A DNA stretch of 64,000 bases from Candidatus Krumholzibacteriales bacterium (lineage in GTDB: Bacteria; Krumholzibacteriota; Krumholzibacteriia; Krumholzibacteriales; WJIX01): contig JAWODM010000014.1 in assembly GCA_046483305.1 (NCBI GenBank), forward strand, positions 59,367 to 123,366. The letters are read 5' to 3'. The notes under the pieces were generated by a model, which had not been told where the DNA came from, did no database searches, and worked only from the letters and a program-made list of their open reading frames with translations. Positions within the stretch are counted from its first letter, which is position 1. The number at the start of each line of letters is the position of its first letter. A program made the position numbers and the translations under genes. Positions 36,684 through 47,147 of the stretch are shown in pieces.

Positions 36684-36779
36684 TTGAAGAGATGATTTTT
36701 TTTCAGGCCTTTCGTTTATTTAAGTTATGCATTTTGCTTGAGTTAACTGCTTATTGTTTCATTATGCAAGGAGTGGCGC

Positions 36780-38066
36780 TTGGTCGAAACAGTTGATTTA
36801 TTACTTCTTGGCGCCGGACAATTGATAACCTGCCGGGCTGAAAAGCCCCTGAGAGGGAAAGATCTTTCGGATCCCGGCATCATAGAGGATGGTGCGTTGG
36901 CGGTGCGCGATGGCAGAATTATTGCCACGGGTACTACCGGTGAGCTGGAGAGAAAATTCAGGGACAGCGATCTGTCTGAGATAATAGACGCGGAGGGGAG
37001 AGTTGTAATGCCGGGTTGGGTTGACCCCCACACTCACGCTGTATTCCCGGGATACAGGGCCGATGAATACGAAGCCCGTATCAGGGGCGACAGCTACCTG
37101 GAGATAGAGAAGAGGGGCGGAGGGATAAAGAGGACAGTGAGGGATTTGAGAAGTACCGGCGAAGACAGATTATTCGAACTGAGCAGGAGGCGTCTCCTGA
37201 AGATGATAAGGTCAGGAGTGACCTCTCTGGAGATTAAGAGCGGGTACGGGCTGGACCTTGAGAATGAGTTGAAAATGCTTCGGGTGATATCCAGGCTCTC
37301 GGAGAAGCTCCCACTTGATATCGTGCCTACTTTCATGGGAGCTCATCAGAAGCCGGAAGAGGACCCGGATGGTTACGTTAAACTGCTTGTCGAGGATATG
37401 ATACCGAAAGTGGCGGAAACAGGCCTGGCAGAATATATCGACGTATTCTGCGAGAAAGGCGTTTTCGGCCTGGAAGAGACCAGGGAGGTTCTGGATGCGG
37501 GGAAAAAGCATGGATTCGGGCTTAAAGCCCACACTGACGAGATATTCGCCATAGGGGGGACTGAACTTGCGGTTGAAATGGGAGCGGTGTCGGTGGAACA
37601 TCTGACCAGAATAACACCCGGGGGGATAAGGGCGCTTGCAGAGAGCGAAACCATCGGGATAATTCTTCCCGGGACATCCTTCGGCCTGGCTTCCAGCCAT
37701 TTTGCCCCCGCCAGGGAACTGGTGGACTCCGGAGCGGCTATAGCTATCGCCACTGATTTCAATCCGGGAAGCAATCCCTCTTCCTCGATGCCGCTTGCGG
37801 TATCGATAGCATGTTCTCAGATGGGGTTGATCCCGGCAGAAGCGATAAACGCCGCCACCGTGAATGCAGCCTGGTCAATCGGGCTGGGCGATGAGACCGG
37901 ATCCCTGATGGAGGGGAAAAAGGGCGACCTGGTGGTTTACGATATAGAGGATTACCGCGAGATACCGGCAAGGGCGGGCCTGGATCATTCCGTCATGGTG
38001 GTCAAGGAGGGCAGCCTTGTCTGGGAGAGGGAAGGATTCAGGAGAGAGAGTGAGGTTGGAGTGTGA
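36780..38066 (+). CDS. hutI: imidazolonepropionase (amidohydrolase family)
   Basis: Amidohydrolase metal-binding motifs (DPHTHAVF, KAHTDE, ATDFNPGS), ~420 aa, immediately downstream of hutU. Confidence 0.7.
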   Translation: MVETVDLLLLGAGQLITCRAEKPLRGKDLSDPGIIEDGALAVRDGRIIATGTTGELERKFRDSDLSEIIDAEGRVVMPGWVDPHTHAVFPGYRADEYEARIRGDSYLEIEKRGGGIKRTVRDLRSTGEDRLFELSRRRLLKMIRSGVTSLEIKSGYGLDLENELKMLRVISRLSEKLPLDIVPTFMGAHQKPEEDPDGYVKLLVEDMIPKVAETGLAEYIDVFCEKGVFGLEETREVLDAGKKHGFGLKAHTDEIFAIGGTELAVEMGAVSVEHLTRITPGGIRALAESETIGIILPGTSFGLASSHFAPARELVDSGAAIAIATDFNPGSNPSSSMPLAVSIACSQMGLIPAEAINAATVNAAWSIGLGDETGSLMEGKKGDLVVYDIEDYREIPARAGLDHSVMVVKEGSLVWEREGFRRESEVGV

Positions 38067-39484
38067 GCAAGATAAACAAAAAGAGAAGAGAAGCACAGGA
38101 CCTCATCAAGAAGGGCAAGCTCAGTAAGGCTATTGAGCTGTACCGTAAGATTATTTCCAGGCAGGCCAATAATCCCAATCTGCACAACGAACTCGGAGAT
38201 ATTTACTTCAGGGCGGGAGACCGGGTACAAGCGGTCTCCTCATTTGAGAACGCCATCGAGAATTATGAAAAGATGGGGTTGTATAATAATGCCGTTGCTG
38301 TATGCAAGAAGGTGCTGAGGATATTCCCTGACAGGCTGATAACCATATACGAGCTGGGTGAATTGAAGGCCAAACAGGGGTTTGGCAGCGACGCGGCCGA
38401 ACATTTTTCACACTACCTGAATATGCTGGTCAGCAACTCCAATATGCCACCCGACGGGGTGGAGGAAAGGCTGGAATTAATTCTCGAATACATGAAGGGG
38501 AAATTCGAAGTCCTTGATCTGGTGGTGGACGCTTTCGTGTCGCTGGAGATGAATATGAAGGCCGCGGAAGTGCTGGTGTCCATCCTGAATGATGCGTGCG
38601 GGAGCGGAAGCGAAGCGGTAGGCGGAAATTGCAGGGAAAGGCTGGAGCGCCTTATGCAGTCGCTCACCCCGGACCAGAAAAGCAAGATAGACGAGCAACT
38701 GAGCTCCGCCGACGGGCCGGACCCAGGCGCTGCCGGAGACCGGATGGATATGGAAGATGTGGTTTCGGAGAAAGTGGTGGGGACTGAGGATATCATTTCA
38801 GGTTCGGAATATATAGACGAGGGGGAATCGGATTCCCCTGAAACCCATTCCGGGGGGGATAACACAGCCGGCCAGGAAACAGGAGACTCCCTGTACGATA
38901 TGGATGACCCGGAGACCGGAGACAGTCCCGCTGCCGGTTCCGAGCGGGTGGAGGAGGAAGTTTTCCCCCCGCCGGAGCTGGATGAAGAGGAAGTCGCAGC
39001 CGGGGACCATTCTTCCAGAGCGGATGAAACGCAAAGTTTCGCGGAGCTGATTGATTCTGTCAGCGACGAAAGCGGCGAGTCTCTGGCGGGGCAGATAACC
39101 AGCGATATAGACGACGGGGACCTTAAGAGCCACTATGATATGGGGATGGCTTATATTGAGATGCAGCTCTATGATAAGGCTATAAAGGAGCTTCAGATAG
39201 CGTCCCGGGCCGATGAGATGAAACTGCGCTCACTGGAGATGATAGGGCTGTGCTTCATTTCCAAACAGGAGCCCCGCCTGGCTGTAAAACAGCTGGAGAG
39301 AGGGCTGGAGATATCGGAAAAACTGGGGGCGGAGAACCTGGGAATTCATTACAATCTGGGACTGGCTTACGAAGCCCTCGACGAAACAGAAAAGGCCCGC
39401 GAGCATTTCGAGCAGGTCTATATCGTGGACGTTACCTTCCGCGAAATCAAAGAGAAGATGCAGAAATTCAAAACCCTTACCTGA
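38063..39484 (+). CDS. TPR-repeat protein with long acidic low-complexity linker
   Basis: TPR-like helices at both ends and a D/E/S/G-rich central region. GTG start overlaps the hutI stop. Confidence 0.6.
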   Translation: MSKINKKRREAQDLIKKGKLSKAIELYRKIISRQANNPNLHNELGDIYFRAGDRVQAVSSFENAIENYEKMGLYNNAVAVCKKVLRIFPDRLITIYELGELKAKQGFGSDAAEHFSHYLNMLVSNSNMPPDGVEERLELILEYMKGKFEVLDLVVDAFVSLEMNMKAAEVLVSILNDACGSGSEAVGGNCRERLERLMQSLTPDQKSKIDEQLSSADGPDPGAAGDRMDMEDVVSEKVVGTEDIISGSEYIDEGESDSPETHSGGDNTAGQETGDSLYDMDDPETGDSPAAGSERVEEEVFPPPELDEEEVAAGDHSSRADETQSFAELIDSVSDESGESLAGQITSDIDDGDLKSHYDMGMAYIEMQLYDKAIKELQIASRADEMKLRSLEMIGLCFISKQEPRLAVKQLERGLEISEKLGAENLGIHYNLGLAYEALDETEKAREHFEQVYIVDVTFREIKEKMQKFKTLT

Positions 39485-39495
39485 AAACGGAATTA

Positions 39496-40323
39496 ATGGA
39501 CAAGCCATGTGACCTTCATATTCATTCGGCCTATTCGGATGGAATTCTCTCTCCCGGCGAAATTGTCAAAAGGGCCAGCCGGAAAGGGCTGGCAGCCGTG
39601 GCGGTGACGGATCATGACACTACCGGGGGGCAGGAGGAAGCGGTCGCAGCCGGCCTGGAATACGGAATCGATGTGATCCGCGGGATTGAATTCAGCGCGT
39701 TAGAGGATGGAAGAGGGTTCCATATACTGGGTTACCTTATAGACCTGAATGACCGGGCAATCATCGAGAGCGTGGAGTGGCTCAGGGAGAAGAGGCTGGT
39801 AAGATTCAGAGAGATGCTGGATAAACTGGATGGCCTCGGTTTCCGGATTGACATGGATTATATTCGGGATTCGGAGGAGATCGATTCCTACGGCCGGCCC
39901 CACCTGGCCAGAATGATGCTTGAGAACGGTTTTATATCCCACTATCAGGAAGCTTATTCCAGATACCTGGGCAACGGCCGGGTGGCTCATGTGGCCAAAG
40001 AGGTTCTGCCGCTGCAGAAGGTTATTGAACTGATCAGAAATGCCGGAGGCGTTCCGGTATGGGCTCATCCCGGAGGCAGGATTCTCGCCGGCGGGCATCT
40101 GAAGAATATGATGGAGATGGGGCTGCAGGGCGTGGAAGTATGGCACCCCAACCATAATTCCGATCTGGAGCACAGGATAGCGGCGGTAGCCGCCGAGTAC
40201 GGGCTGGTAGCCACCGGGGGTTCGGACTTCCATTTTGAGGAGGGGATGAAAGTTGATATCGGAGGCAAGCACGCCCCCTTCAGTTCGGTCCAGCGCCTGC
40301 GCGAGCTGGCTGATTTATCTTGA
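39496..40323 (+). CDS. PHP-domain metal-dependent phosphoesterase (TrpH/YciV-like)
   Basis: DLHIHSAYSDG...VAVTDHDT and later WAHPG motifs. The ORF-track start 39250 overlaps the TPR gene; the ATG at 39496 fits family length. Confidence 0.7.
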   Translation: MDKPCDLHIHSAYSDGILSPGEIVKRASRKGLAAVAVTDHDTTGGQEEAVAAGLEYGIDVIRGIEFSALEDGRGFHILGYLIDLNDRAIIESVEWLREKRLVRFREMLDKLDGLGFRIDMDYIRDSEEIDSYGRPHLARMMLENGFISHYQEAYSRYLGNGRVAHVAKEVLPLQKVIELIRNAGGVPVWAHPGGRILAGGHLKNMMEMGLQGVEVWHPNHNSDLEHRIAAVAAEYGLVATGGSDFHFEEGMKVDIGGKHAPFSSVQRLRELADLS

Positions 40324-40397
40324 CCGCCGCGCATTTCTTGCTTAGAGTTTCCATTGACATCAAGCCGCTCTTGTATCGCTCAGCGCCGGGTACAGTT

Positions 40398-40946
40398 ATG
40401 AAACCAGACGGTAAAAGACAGAATATCATTCTAACAGCTCTCTTTACTTCGCTGGCCGTGGTCCTGGGATACGTTATGGCGGCGGTTCCCAATGTGGAAC
40501 TGATGACTCTTACTGTTTTCCTCGGCGGGATATTTACCGGCCCCCGCTACGGAGCGGTCACAGGTTTTCTCTCCATAATCATTTTCTCCCTGTTTAATCC
40601 TTATGGGGCGGCCCTTCCGCCCCTGCTGGCGGCCCAGGTCGCCGGATTCACGGTGGCTGGAGCCGCCGGGGGTATGATGAGGGGGATAATAAGGCGGGGG
40701 GGGATGATGACGGCTGCTCTTTCAGGTTTTTTTATAACGCTGTTTTATGATATCTTAACCACCCTCGCTTCCGCTTATATAGCGTTCGGTCCGGAGAATT
40801 TCATGGATGGGCTGATAGGATTCTTTGCGGCGAGCGGGGTTTTCATACTGGCTCACACGGGGGTGAACACCCTGATATTTTCACAGGCCGTTACGGCCGT
40901 CACGAGGGTTTCTTTTTTTGACGATGCGTATAACAGGATATTGTAA
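40398..40946 (+). CDS. small polytopic membrane protein, ECF-transporter-S-component-like
   Basis: About 180 aa with 5-6 hydrophobic helices (LTALFTSLAVVLGYV...PNVELMTLTVFLGGIFTGPRYGAVTGF). The resemblance to ThiW/BioY-like S components is weak. Confidence 0.35.
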   Translation: MKPDGKRQNIILTALFTSLAVVLGYVMAAVPNVELMTLTVFLGGIFTGPRYGAVTGFLSIIIFSLFNPYGAALPPLLAAQVAGFTVAGAAGGMMRGIIRRGGMMTAALSGFFITLFYDILTTLASAYIAFGPENFMDGLIGFFAASGVFILAHTGVNTLIFSQAVTAVTRVSFFDDAYNRIL

Positions 40947-42717
40947 GCTCGCGGGCCTGATTCTGCTGATGTGGTGGGCTGCGGCCGCGGAGTGCCGGGC
41001 GGCGGCAGGTTCAGACTACTCCGCCTCTTCGGATTCATTGCTGATGCCGGGGGATATCTATGTAATTGAGTGGGAATACCTGAGGCGGCTGAATATAGAT
41101 ACTTTCGACGACATTCTCCAGATAGCGCCGGGGGTTTCTTCATGGCGGGAGGGAGTTCCCGGATCCACAACCGGATTTTCGGTTGACGGCTCGAAAACGG
41201 CGCTTCTGGTAAACGGCCGGCTGACAGATAATATCTATACCTCCGAACCTCTGGAGAAGTATGTTGACCTGGGCAGGATGATACGGGTGGAGGTAATTCG
41301 CCGGGGGCTTTTTTCTCTCACCGGTGAAATCGGTTCCGGAAACGCCATAAATCTGGTGGTGGAGAGGGGGGGAAGAGAATCTCCATTCACCCGGGCTGAT
41401 TTCACGTACGGCGGAAGCAACCGGAGGGCGCGGAGGATATGGTTCTCCACCCCAAGGTCTCATGTGAGCGCGGCCATATCCTACAATGAATACCTTCAGG
41501 ATGCCATTGAAGCCCTGGATTACGGCCAGAACAGGCTGATCGGAGACGACCATATGAAATCGGTCTCCTTCGATCTGTCGCTGGGAGGGGACCGGGGCGC
41601 GCTGGTTCACCTGACCCGGTTCGAGGATTCATTCAACCGTACTGCCTGCCTCCGTTCCGAGGATATACGCACCAGCGGGTTTGATTCATGGATCGACTAT
41701 TCAGGAAGCGGATTCCGGGGCTCTGTCAGGCACCGGGGGATTGAGCGGCTTCGCGCTTACGGGAGAATGGCCGGGCTCTGCTCCAGCCTCGGGCTGGAGC
41801 TGGACCGCAGCCTGGGAAACCTTCACCTGAGAACTTTCCTTAAAGGAAGAAATTATCTCTTCGAGAACCGCTTCAGCGGAGTGGAAACCGACCCTGAGAT
41901 ACATAACTACTTCGGAGGCGCAACTCTGTTTTCCAGGCTTGCCGGACATTTCCCTCTGCGGGGTTCCGTATTTCTGGGGGATCACAGCGTATCCGGGAAT
42001 TATCTGGGGTGGGAGATGGGAGCTGCGCGGGAGGGGGGTGGTGGTTCCTATCAGAGCCTCACTCTTTCCAGGAAGCCGCAGCTGCCTTCAGCGGCCATGT
42101 TCTTTCATCCGGTCTCGGGTCTATCCGCTCCCGAATGCTTCGATATAGTAAGCGCCGGCTCGGGGGGCCTGAATCCTCAGATGGTCGAAGAGGTATCCGC
42201 GGAGAGTTCATCGGGGTTCGGATTGATCCTTAATTTATTCTACCGGAGAATTCATGACCTGATCGAACCGGAAGGCCCTGCAGGGGCCTTCGGTAATGCG
42301 CCGGGGTTCGAAGAGGTGTCGGGGATCAGGGCCCGGTTCGGAGAGGACCTGAGCTGGCGGCGGTTTACCCTGGAACTGGAGGCGGGCGGAGAATATTTCT
42401 TCGAAACCGGAGGGATAGGAGCGGGGGTGCCCGAATACACGGCCACGGGAAATCTGTACCTGAGGTTTCCGATGTTCAGGCGGACCGAAATCATGACCCT
42501 GCACCTGAACAGTATGGCGTTCGGGAGGCGTCATTGGTACGGTGAGTCTACAGACCCCGATTCGGTGCATAACTTTTCCCTCTCGCTGACTCTGATGTCG
42601 GCGGTGATAAGGTTTCAGTATAAAAATATACTGGACACCGAATACCAGACTGTTCCGGGATTCAACATGGCCGAAAGGCACTTCAGGGTCGGAATCCTGT
42701 GGAACCTTCCCAATTGA
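40918..42717 (+). CDS. TonB-dependent-receptor-like outer-membrane protein (short, 599 aa)
   Basis: Signal peptide and plug-like N-terminus (DTFDDILQIAPGVS...FSVDGSKTALLVNGRLTDN). Beta-rich remainder, though the C-terminus (WNLPN) is atypical. Confidence 0.45.
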   Translation: MTMRITGYCKLAGLILLMWWAAAAECRAAAGSDYSASSDSLLMPGDIYVIEWEYLRRLNIDTFDDILQIAPGVSSWREGVPGSTTGFSVDGSKTALLVNGRLTDNIYTSEPLEKYVDLGRMIRVEVIRRGLFSLTGEIGSGNAINLVVERGGRESPFTRADFTYGGSNRRARRIWFSTPRSHVSAAISYNEYLQDAIEALDYGQNRLIGDDHMKSVSFDLSLGGDRGALVHLTRFEDSFNRTACLRSEDIRTSGFDSWIDYSGSGFRGSVRHRGIERLRAYGRMAGLCSSLGLELDRSLGNLHLRTFLKGRNYLFENRFSGVETDPEIHNYFGGATLFSRLAGHFPLRGSVFLGDHSVSGNYLGWEMGAAREGGGGSYQSLTLSRKPQLPSAAMFFHPVSGLSAPECFDIVSAGSGGLNPQMVEEVSAESSSGFGLILNLFYRRIHDLIEPEGPAGAFGNAPGFEEVSGIRARFGEDLSWRRFTLELEAGGEYFFETGGIGAGVPEYTATGNLYLRFPMFRRTEIMTLHLNSMAFGRRHWYGESTDPDSVHNFSLSLTLMSAVIRFQYKNILDTEYQTVPGFNMAERHFRVGILWNLPN

Positions 42718-42720
42718 TCC

Positions 42721-42747
42721 TGCAGTGGCAAAATATTTGTCACTGCA
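42721..42747 (+). other. 11-bp-stem hairpin (tgcagtggcaa / ttgtcactgca, one G-U pair) 4 nt after the receptor stop
   Basis: Seen directly in the sequence. No U-tract follows. Confidence 0.4.
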
Positions 42748-43099
42748 AACCCCTTAATTAACGGTTAATTATAATTTGCAATAATTTCGCATAATGCGAA
42801 TTGGGTGTCCCTCATTATTTTTTATTCCCTCCGGCGAGATTTTCCGATTATGGGGGCTGCCTGCGCCAGCGGCGGAGTTCATAAATAAGATAATTGAATA
42901 TTTTTAGGTGGACGGCAGGCGGGCCGATTAACCGCTTATCTTTCCCGCGGGCCCAATAATGATAATAACCTTAATAATGGCATATAACTTGCGGCTGAAC
43001 TTATTCTGTAAATGTGTGGAATAATCAGCCGATTAATAAGCGAAAAAGATTTTAAATATTTGATAGATATTTCAGATCCCGGCCCAGTGGAGGAGATTT

Positions 43100-44785
43100 T
43101 TGAAAGGTGAAATAGCAGATCAGCTCCTGAGCAAAAGTCTGATTACACAGGATCAGCTGACCCTCGCCCTAAAGGAACAGGGAAAGTCAGGGGGCAGTGT
43201 AGGTTATAATCTCGTAAAGACAGGGGCTATATCGGAAAAGGCGTTATCGGAATTTCTTTCCCAGGCCTACCAGGTGGAAGCGGTTGACCTGGAAGAGGTC
43301 GATGCTGACGATCACGCCATAGAACTGATCCCGTCGGAAGTGGCCACCAAGTTCCAGGTGGTTCCTGTCAGGAGAGAGGGCAGGACCCTGACGGTGGCGA
43401 TGGCCAACCCTGACAACATCTTTGCCATAGACGACATCAAGTTCATAACCGGCCTGGATGTCCGTCCGGTAGTGGCCACCGAAACGGCCATCAAGAAGAC
43501 CATTGACCGGTTCTATGATTCGGCGGACTCTCTTGCCGATGTGATGAAGGATATGGAAGACGACCTGGAGCTGGTCGAGGATGAAGAAGAAGATGAAAAT
43601 GCCGGGTTCGCCGAAGCGCAGGACGAAGACGCCCCGGTGGTCAAACTGGTGAACTCCCTCATCGCCGACGCTGTTAAAAGGGAGGCCAGCGATATCCATA
43701 TAGAGCCCTTCGAAAAGACTATCAGGGTCAGGTTCAGAATAGACGGTGTCCTTCACGAGATGATGTCTCCTCCCTACAAGATGAAGGCCGCCATTACTTC
43801 CCGCCTCAAGATCATGGCCGAGCTTGACATTGCCGAAAAGCGGGTGCCGCAGGACGGAAGAATAAGGATCAGGATAGGGAAAAAGAAGATCGATCTGCGA
43901 GTCAGCACTCTCCCTACCATATTCGGCGAGAAGGTGGTGATGAGAATTCTGGACAAGAGCAATCTGGAGATAGACCTTACCAAGCTGGGATTTCAGAAGG
44001 ATGCCCTGAAGATATTTACCGATGCGATCGATTCTCCTTACGGGATGGTACTGGTAACCGGCCCCACCGGAAGCGGGAAAACTACCACCCTGTACTCCGC
44101 GCTGAACAGGATAAACGAACCCCACCACAATATTATGACAGCCGAGGACCCGGTTGAGTACAACCTGGAAGGGATCAACCAGGTCAACGTTCATGAGGAG
44201 ATAGGCCTGACCTTTGCCTCGGCGCTCAAGGCTTTCCTGCGCCAGGACCCCAATATCGTGATGGTCGGTGAGATACGTGACCTCGAAACCGGTTCTATTG
44301 CGGTAAAGGCCGCTCTGACCGGGCATCTTGTTCTAAGCACACTCCACACAAACGACGCCCCCAGTACCATTAACAGGATGATCGATATGGGTATTGAACC
44401 TTTCCTGGTCGCCAGCTCCACAAACCTCATCCTGGCCCAGCGGCTGGTCCGGCGGCTCTGCGGCGAGTGCAAGAAAAAGAAGGAGATACATCCCGAGGTG
44501 ATGAATGAGCTGGGGATCACCGATGGCACTCCTTTCGAAATCTATGAACCGGTCGGCTGCTCCAGATGCAGTAACACCGGTTACAAGGGAAGGGCCGGTC
44601 TGTACGAAGTTCTGAATGTATCGGAAATAATCCGGCAGATGGTACTGGACCGCAGTTCCACCGCGGAGATCAGAGAGCAGGCGGTCAAGGAGGGTATGAT
44701 AACCCTGAGAAAGGACGGGATACGGAAAATCAGGGACGGAATTACGTCCGTAGGAGAAGTATTGAAGGAAACCAGCAACAATTAG
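43100..44785 (+). CDS. pilB: type IV pilus assembly ATPase PilB (GspE family)
   Basis: N-terminal GspE_N-like domain, Walker A LVTGPTGSGKTTTLYS, and tetracysteine CGEC...CSRC. Confidence 0.85.
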   Translation: MKGEIADQLLSKSLITQDQLTLALKEQGKSGGSVGYNLVKTGAISEKALSEFLSQAYQVEAVDLEEVDADDHAIELIPSEVATKFQVVPVRREGRTLTVAMANPDNIFAIDDIKFITGLDVRPVVATETAIKKTIDRFYDSADSLADVMKDMEDDLELVEDEEEDENAGFAEAQDEDAPVVKLVNSLIADAVKREASDIHIEPFEKTIRVRFRIDGVLHEMMSPPYKMKAAITSRLKIMAELDIAEKRVPQDGRIRIRIGKKKIDLRVSTLPTIFGEKVVMRILDKSNLEIDLTKLGFQKDALKIFTDAIDSPYGMVLVTGPTGSGKTTTLYSALNRINEPHHNIMTAEDPVEYNLEGINQVNVHEEIGLTFASALKAFLRQDPNIVMVGEIRDLETGSIAVKAALTGHLVLSTLHTNDAPSTINRMIDMGIEPFLVASSTNLILAQRLVRRLCGECKKKKEIHPEVMNELGITDGTPFEIYEPVGCSRCSNTGYKGRAGLYEVLNVSEIIRQMVLDRSSTAEIREQAVKEGMITLRKDGIRKIRDGITSVGEVLKETSNN

Positions 44786-44801
44786 AAATTGAGGAATTTT
44801 T

Positions 44802-45881
44802 ATGAATCTCAGAACTTTACTGAAGGAAATGATCGAAAGAAAGGCGAGTGATCTGCATATTTCAGCGGGCGCGCCTCCGGTGTTCAGGATCGACGGGCAG
44901 ATAGTCAGGTCGTCATACGATAATGTTAATCCGGAAACCTGCAAGCAGATCGCCTACAGCGTTCTCACCGAAAACCAGCAGAAGAGGTTCGAGAATGAAA
45001 AGGAACTGGATTTTTCATTCGGGATTCAGGGACTGTCCCGCTTCAGGGCGAACGTCTTTCAGCAGAGGGGGGTGGTCAGCCTGGCCATCAGGAAGATCCC
45101 TTTTGAAATACTCGATTTTGACAAACTTGGCCTTCCGGAGGCGGTCCGCACGTTCTCCGAAAAACAGAAGGGGCTGATTCTGGTAACCGGCCCCACCGGA
45201 AGCGGAAAATCAACCACCCTGGCCAGCATGATAGATAAGATAAACAACGAGAGGGCCGCTCATGTGATCACCATAGAGGATCCCATAGAGTATATTCACA
45301 AGCACAAGAAGTGTATCGTCAACCAGCGGGAAGTAAAGGCGGATACCGAGACCTTTGCCCAGGCCCTCAAGTATGTTCTCCGTCAGGATCCGGACGTTAT
45401 ACTGATAGGCGAGATGAGGGACCGGGAGACCATGCAGGCCGCCCTGACCATATCCGAGACCGGGCACCTCGCCTTTGCCACTCTCCACACCAATTCTACT
45501 TTCGAATCTATAAACAGGATAGTGGATACCTTTCCCCCCGGCCAGCAGGGACAGGTCAGGGCCCAGCTCGCATTTGTGCTGAAGGGAGTGGTTACGCAGC
45601 AGCTGATACCGCACCTTTCCGGGACCGGAAGGGTACTGGTGGCCGAAGTGATGGTATGTACGCCGGCGATCAGCGCTATCATAAGAGACGACAAGATTCA
45701 TCAGATATACGGTTTGATGCAGGCCGGGCATAAACACGGCATGCAGACCATGAACCAGGCGCTGTTCGCGGCTGTCAGGAACAGGCAGATATCCAAGAAC
45801 GAAGCGCTGGTCAGGAGTACCGACCCGGCTGAACTTACCCAGATGCTGGGAAAGAAGCAGGTAATGAGCGACAGGATATAG
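44802..45881 (+). CDS. pilT: twitching-motility retraction ATPase PilT
   Basis: ASDLHISAGAPPVFRIDG, Walker A ILVTGPTGSGKSTTLASMID, about 359 aa. Confidence 0.9.
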   Translation: MNLRTLLKEMIERKASDLHISAGAPPVFRIDGQIVRSSYDNVNPETCKQIAYSVLTENQQKRFENEKELDFSFGIQGLSRFRANVFQQRGVVSLAIRKIPFEILDFDKLGLPEAVRTFSEKQKGLILVTGPTGSGKSTTLASMIDKINNERAAHVITIEDPIEYIHKHKKCIVNQREVKADTETFAQALKYVLRQDPDVILIGEMRDRETMQAALTISETGHLAFATLHTNSTFESINRIVDTFPPGQQGQVRAQLAFVLKGVVTQQLIPHLSGTGRVLVAEVMVCTPAISAIIRDDKIHQIYGLMQAGHKHGMQTMNQALFAAVRNRQISKNEALVRSTDPAELTQMLGKKQVMSDRI

Positions 45882-45911
45882 TTGAACGGTTCAATCAGGG
45901 AGTGATCAATA

Positions 45912-47123
45912 ATGGCTACTACATTTGTTTGGAAAGGCAAGACGCCGGCAGGTGAGTCCGTCTCCGGTGAATACAACGCCGATGACAAGAATGAGCTGAT
46001 GGGCCATCTCCGGCGCCGGCGGATCATCGTCACCCAGGTCCGCCAGAAGCCGAAGGACCTCAATATCAATATTGGAATCGGGAACAGGATAACTACCAAA
46101 GACCTTGCAATCTTCACCAGGCAGTTCTCCACCATGATAAATGCCGGGCTGCCCCTGGTGCAGTGCCTGGATATTCTATCCAGCCAGATGGAGAAGGAGC
46201 ATTTCAAGAAGGTAGTAACCGAGGTGACGGAGGATGTGGAGTCAGGTTCGACCCTGGCCGAAGCTCTTCAGAAGCACGACTGCTTCAGCGAGCTGTATGT
46301 CAATATGGTCGGCGCCGGGGAATCGGGGGGTATTCTGGACCTGATTCTCAACAGGCTGGCTGTATTCCTGGAGAAAAATGACGCACTGAAGAGAAAGATC
46401 AAGGGCGCCCTGACCTATCCGACCATCATTTTCCTGGTGGCGGGAGGCGCTACTATCTTTATGCTTCTTTTCATTATTCCGACCTTTGCTCAGATGTTTA
46501 CCGATTTCGGAGGAACCCTTCCGCTTCCTACCAGGATAGTGATGGGGCTGAGCAATTTTCTCAGGGCGAACTGGTGGATCCTGCTGATCGCAGTCGCCGG
46601 AGCGGTTTTCGGACTCAGGAAGTACTACAAGACCGAAAACGGGCATTACAGAATCGACAAGTTCATGCTGAAGATCCCGATCCTGGGCGGCGTTATACGA
46701 AAGGGCGCTATCGCTCTTTTCACCAGAACCCTGGGTACCCTTACCGCCAGCGGTGTTCCGATCATCGACGGGCTGGATATTACAGCCAGGACCGCGGGAA
46801 ACAAGGTAATCGAAGAAGCGGTCATGAATACTAAGGAGAGTATCAGCCAGGGTAACACCATCGCGGAGCCCCTGGGCAAAAGCGGGGTGTTTCCGCCGAT
46901 GGTGGTCCAGATGATCGGAGTGGGGGAGCAGACCGGGGCTCTCGACGAGATGCTCGAGAAGGTCGCCGATTTCTACGATGATGAGGTCGACTCCGCTGTG
47001 GACGCTCTCACTTCGGCGATCGAGCCCATAATGATAGTAATAATGGGTGTAGTGGTGGGCGGTATGCTCATCGCCATGTATCTGCCCATGTTCGAACTGA
47101 TTTCTGTTGTCTCGGGTGGTTAA
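45912..47123 (+). CDS. pilC: type IV pilus inner-membrane platform protein PilC (GspF family)
   Basis: Duplicated GspF-type domains, about 400 aa, three TM segments. Confidence 0.85.
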   Translation: MATTFVWKGKTPAGESVSGEYNADDKNELMGHLRRRRIIVTQVRQKPKDLNINIGIGNRITTKDLAIFTRQFSTMINAGLPLVQCLDILSSQMEKEHFKKVVTEVTEDVESGSTLAEALQKHDCFSELYVNMVGAGESGGILDLILNRLAVFLEKNDALKRKIKGALTYPTIIFLVAGGATIFMLLFIIPTFAQMFTDFGGTLPLPTRIVMGLSNFLRANWWILLIAVAGAVFGLRKYYKTENGHYRIDKFMLKIPILGGVIRKGAIALFTRTLGTLTASGVPIIDGLDITARTAGNKVIEEAVMNTKESISQGNTIAEPLGKSGVFPPMVVQMIGVGEQTGALDEMLEKVADFYDDEVDSAVDALTSAIEPIMIVIMGVVVGGMLIAMYLPMFELISVVSGG

Positions 47124-47147
47124 GAAGGAACCAGAGGTAATTCAAAG

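Noticed and set aside
39250-39495. ORF-track N-terminal extension of the PHP gene, overlapping the TPR gene by 235 nt.
   Set aside because: The extension is Gly/Arg/Pro-rich and unlike the PHP family. An in-frame ATG at 39496 gives a family-typical DLHIHS start.
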